Part shown: positions 27,377-54,444 of the stretch, piece by piece
Layout of the letters: the number at the start of each line of letters is the position of its first letter
Numbering within the stretch: position 1 is the stretch's first letter
Source of the DNA: Pavona decussata
Taxonomy: Eukaryota
Assembly (NCBI GenBank): GCA_977016875.1
Contig: CDRNST010000060.1
Coordinates: forward strand, 6,014,001-6,078,000
Length of the DNA stretch: 64,000 nucleotides
Reading direction: 5' to 3'
Notes under the pieces: model-generated
The model's input: the letters and a program-made list of their open reading frames with translations, nothing else
Told to the model about the DNA's origin: nothing
Database searches by the model: none
Translations under genes and position numbers: made by a program

Positions 27377-30300
27377 TCATTTGCTTGTGTTGTATGCCTC
27401 ATCTGGAGGCTCAAGCCCAGTGTGAAGTGTAATCTGTACATTACGACTCAAACTGAAAGCTGCATAAAAAGCCTCTGGAATATCTGGCAATCTCATTATT
27501 CCTCGCTTTTGGTCATTTAAATAAAATGTCACTTTATGGTTAGGAATGTCCAACAACACACCAATAACAGAACCCACATCTACTCCACCATCACGCCGAT
27601 TGGAATGCTCATTGTTATGCCGAAACCAGCTGCGACTGCTATCAATGTACATGCACCATGCCTTGTCATCTTTACCCAGAATGGAATCTTTAATGGTGCT
27701 ACCTAAAGCCACGCCCAATGCAGGATCTGGGTTTCCATCATACCGATCTATGGTGACTTCCCAATAATGACAGCCACGCGAGAAGCCAATGTTACCAAGC
27801 ACAACTCGGTCGTCAAAGCTGGTGCAGGTAGTGGTTGTGTTGTCATTGGTCAAGACGATATCTGGATGAGCAGTTGCTGGGTCCAAAGCAAACCAGGCAA
27901 CTGTGACAGAAAACAACAGATCGTGATGAGGATGCTAATTTGATACCAGTGGATAATAACTTCACCATCAGTGTTTATTTTTATAAAATTAAAAAAGTAC
28001 TAAATTTTGCATGTCAGCCTCACACCACTCAAGACAAAATTGCAGTCAACAAAGTTGTATTAATGGTCTACTTGATTAACAAGTGACCATGACAAATGGT
28101 AAAAGTTTGCTAAAATTAATGTGAAAACATAATCATTATGGTGATTATTGACAGCCTCCATTTCACCAAACATAGCTGATTTTTTTCCTTTTTCCAGGTT
28201 TGAGGTAGAAATAAAACACAGCTGTGACTGAAAAAAAACCTTATGATGAACCAATGCCAATACATGGTTTTCATGATCAATTTTCATGATCAATAAAGCA
28301 ATAATTCAAAGGAATTTTCAAGAGTTGCTTACCATCAGATGTAGTCAGGTACACTTCATCGCTTGGGGCCCCTTCCCCAGCCTTGTTGAAGCCCTTCACT
28401 CTTGCTCGGTATGTTGAGTTAAACTGCAGGCCTGACACAGTGCACTCCAGACTGTTCCCTCTGTATACCTCTAGGAAATTATCTTCTTTGCCACTTGATG
28501 TGCCATCGTCAACCTCAACCACGTAACCATCAACACAGCTTTGATTGCGTGGTTTCCATGACAATGTAATAGCATTGTTTGTGACAGTGCACTCAGCTGG
28601 CATTATTTCTGGGGCCATTGGAGCTATGAAAAAAAGGGATATGATAGTTATTTTCTTTAAACAAAAATAATGGAATTCAAAGTAACAGGCCATTCTTCAA
28701 GTCCATCTCTACCAAGAAGGGTGGACCATAAGAGCTACGCCAAATACACAAAGTAATAACCCAAACAACAATAGACAGGTAATACTTGTTAAGTGTCACG
28801 TTAGCTCGTGTGTGGCTAGTCGGTCTTGCATTTGGAATAAGAACATCTCTTCACAAATTTTGGACTCGTTCTTTCAGTGCTTTTAGCTAGCCACTCACTG
28901 TTTTGACATGGTGTCAGAAGTGTGGACTAAAATATGGATAGCTTTTGCAAACCTAATCTGCTGAGCTTGATGGAAATAGGTCTGAAAACTAGAGAAGATT
29001 CAAACCGCTTTTATTGAACAGCTTCAGACAGAGAAAAGAAGGTTGATTCAATCAAGATGGCTATATTGCTGAACTTTGACAGCGAGGACACTGGCAATTG
29101 GGCTGTTTTGTTTTCTACTAAAGGATGTAATATCTCTAGCTTCAGGTATAAGAACTAACCTTTAAGTTCTATGAAGTGCAGATCATGAAGAGCAGCTCTA
29201 ACACCTGAGGTGTCCAGTGTCAGTTCCAGCTCCAAACCAGTACAACACTGGAGTTTCATGTCCTTTGACCACTGATTGGCAAGGCTTGTAATTCTATGAC
29301 AGATGAAAATTATTCAAAAAGACAAGGCCTCAATAATATCACAATATCTGTCCCCTACAGAAAGTGGACAAGGAAAATAATATTTTACTTAAAGAATTGG
29401 AACCATTTATTCATCCATCCATGCCTCCATCCATAATTTTAATCATTAATTTATTTGATTTAAAATACTTGTATCTTTTCGTAACTTGTTACTGAAAAGT
29501 CATTTTTTACATGGAGTGGCAATAAAGTTGTTTTTACATTTTTTTGTAAATGTGACCCTAAAAAAGTTAGTTGATAAACACTAAATAATGTGACTGCATC
29601 TTTAATATAAAAATATATAATTGACTAACCTCCCATTTAAAGAGTTTGCAACCTGAAAATAAAATGAGGTGGTCGTTAATTATATTCACTAAATACATAA
29701 ATTGTTTCAAATATTTTGCACAACAAATTATTCAATTTCTCTATATATCATTTTTTTTTATCATGAACTAGATTAGAAATTGTATAATTTTGTTATATTT
29801 CACAGGATTCCAATCCGCAAGAAGAATTGAAAAAATAAACATTTGTTAACATCAGTTATGAAATTCACTGGTGTTGCTGGAGGACTTTCCAGCCCCCTGT
29901 ACCCTTTACCTCTGGTTCCCATGCCCTCCCAACCATCCCCACCCTAGTTGACAATTTTTTCTCCCATCTGCACCTATGGCATCTGTAGATTGGCCTTGGT
30001 TCTTACCAGAAGAAAGGAGGCAGCTTCAGTCTCTTGTAAACACTCATTACCATACTGAAGAAGGCCGGAAATACTCTGGTACTTTTTGTCACAAGATTTC
30101 ATCTGTTCTTTCACTTTCTGGATCTTGGAATTCATCTCTGTTGTAATGGCTTCAATTAATTCCACTTTACGTTGTTGAATGAAGTTTATCAGTGCATCAC
30201 ACTGAGCAACAACACTAGCCTCAAATTCCAAACCATTTTCCTAGAAAAAAAAAACAATTATATCATTAAGAATCATCGCTCATAACACAGCAAACAACTA

Positions 30301-32247
30301 TTATCTTCAATTAACGCACCTGAATACTAGAGCAATTCTCATTCAGGTGTTGAATAAAGTTCTTTAATTCGTTGTTCTTTGCATCCAGTAACTTCATATT
30401 TGCTATAAGTTCTCCCTGCAACATACAAAGAAGAAAACAATTCAACTTTTGGTCTCAGATTTCTGCAAATGAAAAGTTCAAAAGCAGAAATGCAAATTGA
30501 AATACAAAATTCATTTGTGTGCTTTTCGACAGGGATAGTGGAAATAGCACAGGGATAGTGTGAATGCTCACGATAAAGAAATTAAGGGGAGACTCCGCCC
30601 AAATGGGCTACCTTTTTCACATTGGAGGTATATAGGGTAGGGGTGTTACAAGCTGAAATATAAGAAAGGGTGGGGAAAGCTGTCAGTTAGGGGTAGAGCC
30701 TATTGAGTACACCCACCACAACCCCTACCCCCTACCCCCTACCCCCAGGCCATTGGTGGCTATAGTAACCTGAAAGTTACGAGATTAAAGCAAGATTTTT
30801 CAATTTATATAATTTCAATGCCAGATGATAAATCTAAACAAAAACTGTTATGCTCAACAAGATGGCCTTCTCGGAGAATGTGACAGATAATCAGATTAAG
30901 TCTCATGATCTGTCAGACAGAGTAATTTTCTTCATCTAAAATTCATGCACCTTTATGATCTCTCATCGAAAGCAACAGGACTAAGAAATAAAAAAAAAAA
31001 ACACTTTTTTCAATGTATTTCTATAAAATAATTTGTCCCTGTTCACAACACACGAATTTTGAACGGGATTTTTTAAAATAAGCTTCCATCTCAGATGTGC
31101 CTTTTTGCTCACAAACTAACCTTTATTGTTTTTATTTGTTTATTTTGGGGTTTTTTTCTTTCTTTTAAAAGAACCTAGAAATATACAAATTGCAGGAATT
31201 CGGGCCTCAATAAGCTTAAAAAATATCAAGACTATTTTTCCCCCAAAATTGTGCCCTTCCATAACAGACATTGTACAATTAAATATTCACACCAACAGTA
31301 CAGAAATTTGCATATGTCAGCTGGAAGAGAAGAAAATAAGCTTCTTAAGAGCCCAACTTTTTTTCCAAGAATTAAAATTTACCTTCGTGGATATTGGCGA
31401 TTTTGAAAATTGACCAGTAATATGGAAGATAGAAAATAAAAGCCAGGGGGTTGCAGGTGTGATTTCTTAACTTCAATATTTGGTGAGTGTGCAAAGATCA
31501 TCGACGATTATACACTTGCAAGTGAAGTGAGATCGCCAATGGGGAAAATAAATGCAAATTTAAAATGTTCCATACCTTTTGCTCTTTAAACATTGCACCC
31601 AAAGCTTTCACTTCATGGCCAGAATGTTGTCCTCGCTCCAAACATACATAACAGACAGGCACACGGCAAAACACGCAGTACATGCTGATGTTTTCTTCAC
31701 TATGATTGCCGCATTTTACCACTGTCGGCTTTGGCGGGGATTTCGAGCTTGTAGGGGCTACGAGCGAATGCTTCGCTAGCGGTCCGCGGCTGGGATGACA
31801 AGTTTTACAGCAACGATCGCAATAAGCTACCTCACATTGTTCGCACATCACCGTGGCTTGGGAAGCTTGGTTTTCGTCGCAAAGTTGACAATAAACAATT
31901 CCATTAGATTTTGCGTAATAGCGATTGACAATATTTTCTAACAGGCGGTTACGCGGGAACCCGTTGACCCCTCGGCCATCGAGGGGAAAAAGCTTTTTAC
32001 AGGCTGGGCACTTTAAGCAGGGAAGATTACCAATGCTTTGGTACAAGTGATTCATATCGTACAAAGTAACGTAAGCGATTTCTTCAGAATCGCCTTGACC
32101 AGAGCCATTCGAACTTGAAGGAATATCTCCACCGGCGCTCGTAACAGCAGATTGCGAACAGCTCAGGCAAACACTGTGAGAGCAAGGAAGGACAATAGGA
32201 CTTACAAACGGCTTCTTACAAACGGGGCAAGTTAATTCTGCCTCCAT
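27377..32247 (-). CDS. TRIM9: TRIM9/TRIM67-type E3 ligase (RING, 2 B-box, coiled coil, COS, FN3, SPRY), ~657 aa; exons 32247-31576, 30415-30320, 30240-30007, 29652-29630, 29293-29160, 28623-28333, 27900-27377
   Basis: [64 protein letters not shown]3 (YRARVKGFNKAG), SPRY (VAWFALDP..TCTSFDDRVVLG..HYWEVTIDRYD..LGKDDKAWCMYID). 1974 nt in frame. Confidence 0.93.
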
Positions 32248-34141
32248 TTTTGGCGGAATTTTTCCGCTCCGAACACGTTTCACGCCGCGAGAGAAGTGAA
32301 AATTTTTGTTTGGTTTTTTGATGCACGGACAATTAGCGCCAAATTAGCACGTGTCATTTTGGCCCTGCGGATTGGCTAGTATTTTTAGACAGATGATTTG
32401 ATTGGCTACTACTTTGGTTATTGACTTGGTGCACAGCTGCATTTGACATGGTTTTCTGAGGAAATACCACATTTATTGATCCCTAAATGTAAAACCAGCA
32501 TATATATAAAAAAAAAAAAAAAATTAACGATCATGGTTTTAATTATCATCAGTAGCAGTTGATTTTTCTTAGCTAGGAGTAAAATAATTGTCGCTAGTTC
32601 TTTTCCAGGGCTTAACATTTCCGAATTCGACAAATGGTAATACTGATTTTACCTGTGTGAGCATTTTACAGTTACAACAATAAATGTTGTTTTCTAAAAC
32701 ACAACCTGAGGCAACGATTAATCAATCTTTATTGACTGAACAGCAATTCAGTTTGAGACACGTGCCAGAGTTTAACATTACAATGGCGGCATGCTTCATT
32801 TGTAACAAAACAATTGGGTTCACACTAAACGGACAAAGAGATAGAACAATTTCAATAATAATCTATAAACCGCAAACAATGGAAATTTACACTCATGACC
32901 TGCTCGTCAAATCTGCTAAGAAACCTTTTAGATTTTGTCTGAGAGGACGGTGTTAAAAGAACTCTAAAGAAAACTCAATAATTTGTGATTTGGTTGACAA
33001 AGAATAGATAAGTTCTTTATTTTTGTAGTTTCTTTGTCAACGAGTTCCTCTTCGGGTTGGGGAAGGGTTGGGGTGGGGGTATTCTATATTTTGTTGGCAC
33101 GTGTCAAGTTATAGGTCTAGCTGGGGCAATGAAATGCAAAGCTGTAGTTATAACACCGCCAAAACACAAGCTAACTTTCAATGTATAATCCATTTGTTAA
33201 TTAACTTTGTTTTTTCCTGCAAAATGCTGATCTAAAGCAACTTGCACAAGATTTTGAAAGAACTTGAAGAACGATCAAAATTCATAGTTCTGTCCGCTGG
33301 TTAGCGTTTCTTTGACAATTAAGGAAACATTGGAACATTGGAGATGTTTGATGGTACCTGTTTGACGAGATTTGCGACAGCGCTGTTTTTTGTAAAAGAA
33401 CACCTAGACTTGTAAAATAGTTGAAGTGATGCCAATCACTTCAACTATTTTACCTTAACAAGTGCGTGCATTACATATATGTTATTAAACTAGCGTGAGG
33501 TCCGAATTGAAAAAATATTGGTCGAGTTCTTAGCAATTATTTACCGATGCAGACCTCACGCTAGTTCAATAAGGTATTTATTGTATAGACTTTCCTGCTT
33601 GTTGCTTTCTTCAAGCAGTGCGGGAAAATTTCAAGAAAGTAAAAACTCCGGCTTGTTTTGAACAGTTCCTACTACTTCAAAAGCTTAGTTTGAAACATTT
33701 TTGCTTTGTTTTTTGTTAAAATTGAAAAACGTTTCTCCTTTCAAACGTACGTTTTAACGCAAGCGGTCCATCTTAGCGGTCCATATAGGAAAATTTCGAC
33801 TGCTCAGGGAACCAATCAGAATACTCCTTTTCAGCGCGGACAACTTCATCTATACAATAAACTTTGTTACCGCGGCTTATTACCTATCTGAGTCGAGGGA
33901 GAATTATCGAAAACCGTACGTTATCATTAGGTCTCATTATGTGTCAAAATTTAGTCAACCGATGAGTGAATCCAGCCTTTCTTACATTTTGGTTAACCAC
34001 CAGGTTGATTTGATTTGAAGATCTTTCTTCAGTTCAAAATGTATGTTTAATATATTTACCTTCATTTGATTTGATCTGAGGTTCATCACCAGACATTTGG
34101 ACGCTGGGAAATTTGGTGAATATTTTCCAAATTCTTCGTAG

Positions 34142-48657
<14,516 letters not shown>

Positions 48658-50162
48658 AAGGGGGTCACACGATTGCTTAACACTACAGATTTGCTTCATG
48701 CTTTGATTGGTGTTGTATTTGTGATAAGTAAAGCACAAGGAAGCGACAAGAGAATTTGATAAATTTCAGTTGTTACACTCTGTATAAAGTATACATGTAG
48801 AATGGAGCCAATTATTATGCAATACAATAGGCCTTATGAATATAAGTGCCTCCCAAACCTCAGACGCTACAATCCTACCACTTGTTGTCTGTCCTAGTAT
48901 TTGTAGCTGTACTTGTATCATAATATACATTTGTGGAACCCAACCCAGTTTGACACGCAAGTAACGAGTCTGCCCTAAAAGCAAGTCCAATACAGAGGCC
49001 TTGATAGTATGCTTACTTGGTTGGGCTTGCACGAATCTTTTGAGTTAGGACCACCGTTTACGACCCATGAAGAAATTAGGGTTGGGGGAGGGGGACAAAG
49101 GAACTCTCATAAAAACCCAACCTGCTGAGCTAGTTCTCAGGATAATCCATGAAACACAAGGTTTAAGTCCTAACAGGAGCCCTGCAGCCTGGGGCGCCCA
49201 AGAAAATGCTTTGCGTGCCGAATTTATTTTGCAGCAGCACCTAACATGTCATATGTTGCGCACCTAACTTCTCGCCTTTTGACCATGTGGGCTACTTGAA
49301 ATTTTTCTTAAGCGACAGCCTCGCTTTTGCTTTTCTTTTCTGTCAGTTAAGTAGGTCCGGAGAAATTCTGGCTTTTTCTTGGTGCCCAAGCAAAAAAAAT
49401 CCTTGAACATGCCTTGTGAGCAATTCCAAACAAAACCAGACTAATTCACACAGTGAGAAGCTGTTAATGCGTTTGTGTTTATTCATCTAACAACAAGATT
49501 ATAAAAGTGCAAATACATCAGTCTTGATTTTTACTGTACTTCTACATCTCATGCAACTTTACCCATGACGAGCCTGTTAATTTATACATTTTTTTTTTTG
49601 CAAAACTCAAGCCTGCCAGCAACTTGTGCAGCGAACAAGAAACTGCCAGTGGATCAAACAATATACTACAAAACAACAATGGATTATTCTTGAATAATTA
49701 TAGAAAATTTCAATGATATTAGCTCATTGTGGACAGAAGTAACATTCACTTCAAAGCAAACACACCAATATTTAAAAACAGGTTGCTTGTGGGATAACTT
49801 CTAAAATGGTTTTTTGGATGCAGTGATGCACCTTGTACTTGGAAAACAAGGTTCGTGACTTTATTTCACTTTTTAAGATACATTTCACTTTACAATATCT
49901 TCACAAAATTCTCAAGCAAAGCAGCCATGGAAAATAACGGTAAATTTTAGTTCAAGTATTCTTAAACCTCAAATCACTAGAAACCAGGAAACTGTACTAT
50001 TGCAAGGGTCAGCAAAAATATTGACTGATGGCCCAGATTTTCTTAGTGGGCTTTGTTCATATTGATTCTTTCCTTATGGGAAACTGACACTGTTAAAGGA
50101 AACATGCATCAAGCTGTCTGCTTTTATGCTTGCTTTGTTGAGATTCTTGCAGCTGTCGTAGG

Positions 50163-51494
50163 TTATGCAATCTTGTTAACAACTGCCGTGTGAAGGGAAT
50201 TTAACTGAGTGGTCCATCTGTCTAACCCAGCAAATCTGTCGACACTTTGTGATGTTCTGTTGAGCTCCAGAAGTTGATTGACTTGATCAATGCGTCCATG
50301 GATTGTATTGTCAAGTATACAGGACACAAGTAGGCTTTCCACCTCTTCTGTATCAATGTTCAACTCCTTGGAAATAAATGGAATGTGAATCCTTGTGTAT
50401 GGTTTGATCAGCTTAATGAGCACCTGTGTCCTTATGTTACGTAACAAGTCCTCTATGTGCTCTCGTATGAAAGGATCATCCATAATGTTCTTCCGGTTGG
50501 TTTTCAGAATTTTTTCAAATTCGTTTATGTCGTCATTCTGATAAGCACTGACAAGATTGGTCATGGCTAGGATTTCGGGGTCGTTTTTGTAGGGTTTTGC
50601 TTCCTGTGAATCAAATGGATTAATCCCAGACTTCATAAGCATGTTGGCCAACACAAGATACTTCAAGCATGTGGTACGTCTCCCACTGCCAGACTCATCA
50701 TAATTCTTAAAAGCTTCAAAGAAATCAGTGTGGGCTTTTTCATAGTCCCCTTCTCGCAAATGCATCTTTCCACCACATTCTCTAATAACTCCCATGATTA
50801 GCGGATGTGGAATAGCAGACTTGATGTGGAGAGACTGTTCATACAAAGCTTTGAGCTTCTTGTTGTTCTTCTGTGCAGTATACATCTGAATCTCTAAAGC
50901 ATAGATTTCCAGTAGCTGTGTACCCTTCTTTAGATCATCTTCCCCCTCATCAGTCTGGCAAGATTGGTGGAGCTGTTTCAGGATCTTTGCTAGTTTGGTG
51001 AACTCTCCCCTGTCAAAGTACAACTTGCCAAGCTTTGTGTTGGTCTTGAACCATAGCCTGTCATTCTTGGCATCTTTTAGAGCCTCCAGGGTTGTCTCAT
51101 AAAAATTCTGCAGCAGCTCCATCTGTTTTGAAGTGGAGATGTAATCCAAAATGGAGTTGATAGACTTCTCAGAGTGGTTACGTGTGACAGCACTTTTGAT
51201 GTAAGTCAGCAGCTGCTGGTACCTGGTCATCATCTCATCATAATTGCCCAGTTTAAAGTTGATTTTGATCATCTGCTTCAGGGCTTTGAAACCCCACTCT
51301 CCCTTCTCTGTCTCCAGATCCAAGACTTTCTGGAAGCTCTGTAATGAGGCATTAGGATCATCTTCCTTTAGGGCTTTTGAATTGTAGTATTGGTTTTCTA
51401 AATCCACATCTGGCTCTGAGGCGCTATCTTCTGAGTACTCCAAATCATAGTCTTCTTCGTCATCACACATAAAGTCATCATCCATGTCAGACAT
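50163..51494 (-). CDS. COPS2: COP9 signalosome subunit 2, 443 aa, single coding exon
   Basis: [58 protein letters not shown] domain. Uninterrupted ORF from ATG 51494. Confidence 0.97.
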   Translation of the reverse strand: MSDMDDDFMCDDEEDYDLEYSEDSASEPDVDLENQYYNSKALKEDDPNASLQSFQKVLDLETEKGEWGFKALKQMIKINFKLGNYDEMMTRYQQLLTYIKSAVTRNHSEKSINSILDYISTSKQMELLQNFYETTLEALKDAKNDRLWFKTNTKLGKLYFDRGEFTKLAKILKQLHQSCQTDEGEDDLKKGTQLLEIYALEIQMYTAQKNNKKLKALYEQSLHIKSAIPHPLIMGVIRECGGKMHLREGDYEKAHTDFFEAFKNYDESGSGRRTTCLKYLVLANMLMKSGINPFDSQEAKPYKNDPEILAMTNLVSAYQNDDINEFEKILKTNRKNIMDDPFIREHIEDLLRNIRTQVLIKLIKPYTRIHIPFISKELNIDTEEVESLLVSCILDNTIHGRIDQVNQLLELNRTSQSVDRFAGLDRWTTQLNSLHTAVVNKIA

Positions 51495-51660
51495 TTTGGG
51501 AGGAAGCTGCAACAAGGAATTTGAACCTTCAGGGCAAAGCTTTAAATTCTCTTCAAATGCCTTTATAAGACGGAGACTTCTAGAAAGAATATTCTCACTA
51601 AAGATCTCCTAGACTTTTGGCAGTCCACTACTCCATCAGACTAACTTATTTATTTCCAAA

Positions 51661-51935
51661 TCATCAGTGTCCTAAGTGCTAGCGGTACAACTTTTATTTG
51701 TACCCTTCACATTCACATTGCCGCAATTACTGCCATTATCACACCTGACTTGCTCCCATCTGACCTTGCAGCTCAGTCGGTAGAGTAACCGACAATCAAA
51801 TCTGGAGGTCGTGGGTTCAATTCCCAACAAGGTCGGAGATTTTTTCTTTGCCTCATGCAATCTGCCATTTCCTTTTCAGGGCTAATGCTCAGTAGGAAAT
51901 TCATGGGTTCACTTTAACACTTTAACATACACTGG
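51661..51935 (+). repeat. Interspersed repeat with internal tRNA-like Pol III promoter (SINE-like)
   Basis: A box GCAGCTCAGTCGGTAGAG (~51768) and B box GGTTCAATTCC (~51814). The acceptor and anticodon stems are imperfect and embedded in longer non-tRNA sequence. Boundaries approximate. Confidence 0.6.
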
Positions 51936-52260
51936 ATCATTCATTTGTTAACATATTTCATTCCTAATTACCATGAAGCAAGTCTATCAACCCACCCCTC
52001 CCTCTCTTGTTTAGTCCCCCACCCCAATGGCAATTTGTTATGAGAAAGTTTTAGGTCTACATCATTCTAATGTAAAGGAGAGGTTAAACCATTCTTTCTT
52101 AACATAAAAACTGAATAAACTATGCAAAATGTTAAGTGTACTTACTGTGTGGACCTTGTATGTGATCTTTTACGTCTGTGATAAAATTACTGTGAAATGA
52201 AAAAATGCATATCAGAAAAATCTGCAACATTCACTAAAAAGAAAGGCGTTAAATTCAGTA

Positions 52261-52345
52261 CTCTCAAGTTCAGATTATGCATTTCAACATTATACTTCTG
52301 TCCCGAAAGATGGTTGAAATAATGCACTTCATCACACTAGGAGAG
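52261..52345 (-). ncRNA. SNORD2: Box C/D snoRNA, SNORD2/snR39B-like (copy B)
   Basis: Minus strand: CTCTC stem, box C GTGATGA, guide ACCATCTTTCGGG, D' CAGA, C' TGTTGA, box D CTGA, GAGAG stem. About 80 nt upstream of a TTTTTTCATTTCACAG acceptor at 52190. Confidence 0.85.
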
Positions 52346-52724
52346 TTTTATAGAATTGTGTACACTGTAGTAGAAAGGAAAAAACAACAACAACAAAATC
52401 GGACACAGCTGAATCAACTTCATAGCTGAGAAAAACATATCTTACAACAGCTGTTAATTTATTAACTGTCAGCTCTTAAAAACAGAAATCTTCTGCTGTT
52501 CTTAAACGACCGAAAAGCACAATGGGAAGGGAGGGTTTGGTCAGTTTCGGTCGCCATTTATTCGGGAAATAATGAAGTTGTTTTTGCTCGAAATTTAATT
52601 AGCACGCACTTACCGTGAGAGAGTTAAACAGAAAAGCAAGCCATGAAACCTGGATAATGCAACGAAAGAATCATTAAGTCGTGTTTTAATATGTACTTAC
52701 CAAACATCAAAGGTTTAAAATTTT

Positions 52725-52800
52725 GAATTCAGATTAACGGCCTCTCAACACCACAATTCTGTCCCGAAAGATGGTTGGGAAATGCAATTCATCATATTTT
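52725..52800 (-). ncRNA. SNORD2: Box C/D snoRNA, SNORD2/snR39B-like (copy A)
   Basis: Minus strand: ATGATGA (52795-52789), ACCATCTTTCGGGA-CAGA, TGTTGA, CTGA (52732-52729). Lies between donor GTGAGTA (52847) and acceptor CAG (52650). Confidence 0.82.
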
Positions 52801-53076
52801 AACGTTGTATAGTATAAATGTACGTTTAAAACAGGCAACTTACTCACAATTTAAAGTTGAATGGCTCTAACAGACGAAATCCTCGTGAAATTTCCTCGTT
52901 GCTCAACAAAGCTGACTCAATCTCAACCACTCATCCATGTGGAATGAAACGGATGGAGGATTGGGAACAAACGTAATATCGAGGCTACCCGTAAATGAGG
53001 CTGAGAACAATGCGCGGGAAAATCAATGAAACAAAAACGGAAAGACAAAATCAAAGTAAAACAAAGAATCGAGAAG

Positions 53077-54444
53077 ATGGCCAGCTTCACGTCTCTACCG
53101 GACTCTGTTATTATTCAAATTCTATCTTATCTCGACTATCCTCTGCTCGTACGAAGCACTAGAGTTTGTACAAGATGGCACCGTCTCTGTTACGACCCAA
53201 GCTTGTGGAAATCTGTCCACATTCGAACGGAGCACACTTCGAAGATGGTAGATGAAACGATCGCAAGACTCATACCTCACAAGACTAATCTGATTTCAAG
53301 TGTTAACTTGGTGGACTGCCCTGGTCTTAAAGATGATTCCCTGGTACATATTTCTTTGAACTGTCCAAACCTGAGGAAACTGTTCCTAACCGACTGCCAT
53401 TTTATCACGGATACTGGTATTTTCGCTTTGGCGCGAAATTGTAACGTTCTCGAAACGGTTTCTCTTCTTTTGAGGAATATTTCTGCTAAAGCTCTGGTAA
53501 GCTTGGTGGAAAATAACCCTGGAATAAGAAAGCTGTACGCTTCTTCTACTGCTGTCACGGAAAATACCATCAAGGCAATTTCAACTGGATGCCCTCAGCT
53601 TGAAAAACTTATGGTGTACGATGCGCCTCTCGACAAGAATCAACGCAGTTCTGACGATGTATTGACCGATAAAATGGTTCATGTTTTGGCGAATGGTTGC
53701 AGTAAACTAAGAAAGCTGACCTTGAGGTACAACCAATGTCTGGTGACGGATAGAGGGCTGGCTGTTTTGGCAGAAAGATGCCAAAAGCTGGAATCGTTCG
53801 TCGTTGATTACTGCGATAAAATCCGCGGTATAACCGATTTTGGGGTTTGTACAATCGCTCAATCATGCCGAAATTTAAAACGTTTGAACATTTCAAATGG
53901 GGTCATCACAGATGTTTCTTTGGTTGTAATCGCGACTAATTTGCCCAGCTTAGAAGATTTGTCTCTAGAGTTCAGCGAAGTTACAGATGTTGGAGTGTAT
54001 GCGGTGATGAACCGATGTGAAAAGCTTTCAAAGCTCATTGTGCATAACTCAAACAGTCTTGAGACAGGTATTACCGACAATTCAGCTTGCGTGATAGCGA
54101 ATTATGCCGGCGATGATTTTCGATCTCTGGGGTTAGGATTCGCAGATATCACGGACGAAGGGCTAAAAACGATTTGCTTCAATGTGGATCTTGCATCTTT
54201 ATGCATTAGCGGATGTAGTAAGCTGACATACGAGGGGCTTAAACCGTGTTTCGATTATCTAGATTGCTTGTGGAATTTGGACATTTCTTTTACAGACATT
54301 GTTTTCGAGGAAGACCAGCTGTTGGAGATCGGAGACTCGCTTCCTTGTTTAGAAACACTTGATATAACTGACTGTTTTTGTATTTCACATGAAAGCATAA
54401 AGGCTTTTAAAGAAAAGTTTCCGGACTGTAAGGTTCACATGTAG
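53077..54444 (+). CDS. F-box/LRR-repeat protein (FBXL type), single exon; alternative upstream ATG at 53026
   Basis: F-box LPDSVIIQILSYL..RVCTRWHRLCYDPSLW followed by cysteine-containing LRRs (CPNLRKLFLTDCHFITDTGIFALARNC). Confidence 0.92.
   Translation: MASFTSLPDSVIIQILSYLDYPLLVRSTRVCTRWHRLCYDPSLWKSVHIRTEHTSKMVDETIARLIPHKTNLISSVNLVDCPGLKDDSLVHISLNCPNLRKLFLTDCHFITDTGIFALARNCNVLETVSLLLRNISAKALVSLVENNPGIRKLYASSTAVTENTIKAISTGCPQLEKLMVYDAPLDKNQRSSDDVLTDKMVHVLANGCSKLRKLTLRYNQCLVTDRGLAVLAERCQKLESFVVDYCDKIRGITDFGVCTIAQSCRNLKRLNISNGVITDVSLVVIATNLPSLEDLSLEFSEVTDVGVYAVMNRCEKLSKLIVHNSNSLETGITDNSACVIANYAGDDFRSLGLGFADITDEGLKTICFNVDLASLCISGCSKLTYEGLKPCFDYLDCLWNLDISFTDIVFEEDQLLEIGDSLPCLETLDITDCFCISHESIKAFKEKFPDCKVHM

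Larger units (their letters stand above)
52146..52920 (-). other. Putative non-coding 5' leader exons of COPS2 / snoRNA host (approx. 52920-52848, 52649-52614, 52189-52146)
   Basis: Consensus donors GTGAGTA (52847), GTAAGTG (52613), GTAAGTA (52145) and acceptors at 52650 and 52190. No long ORF. The link to COPS2 is inferred from strand and proximity. Confidence 0.5.

Noticed and set aside
51495-51515. N-terminal extensions from the ORF track (COPS2 from 51515, TRIM9 from 32283, TRIM paralog from 34154)
   Set aside because: They rely on TTG/GTG starts; homology begins at the downstream ATGs (51494, 32247, 34295).
51640-51675. Second hammerhead candidate (CTGATGA-TTTG-GAAA on the minus strand)
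   Set aside because: No stem II and no compatible stem I, stem III or cleavage triplet.
51760-51838. Functional tRNA gene
   Set aside because: A and B boxes are present but the acceptor and anticodon stems pair poorly; better explained as a SINE-like repeat.
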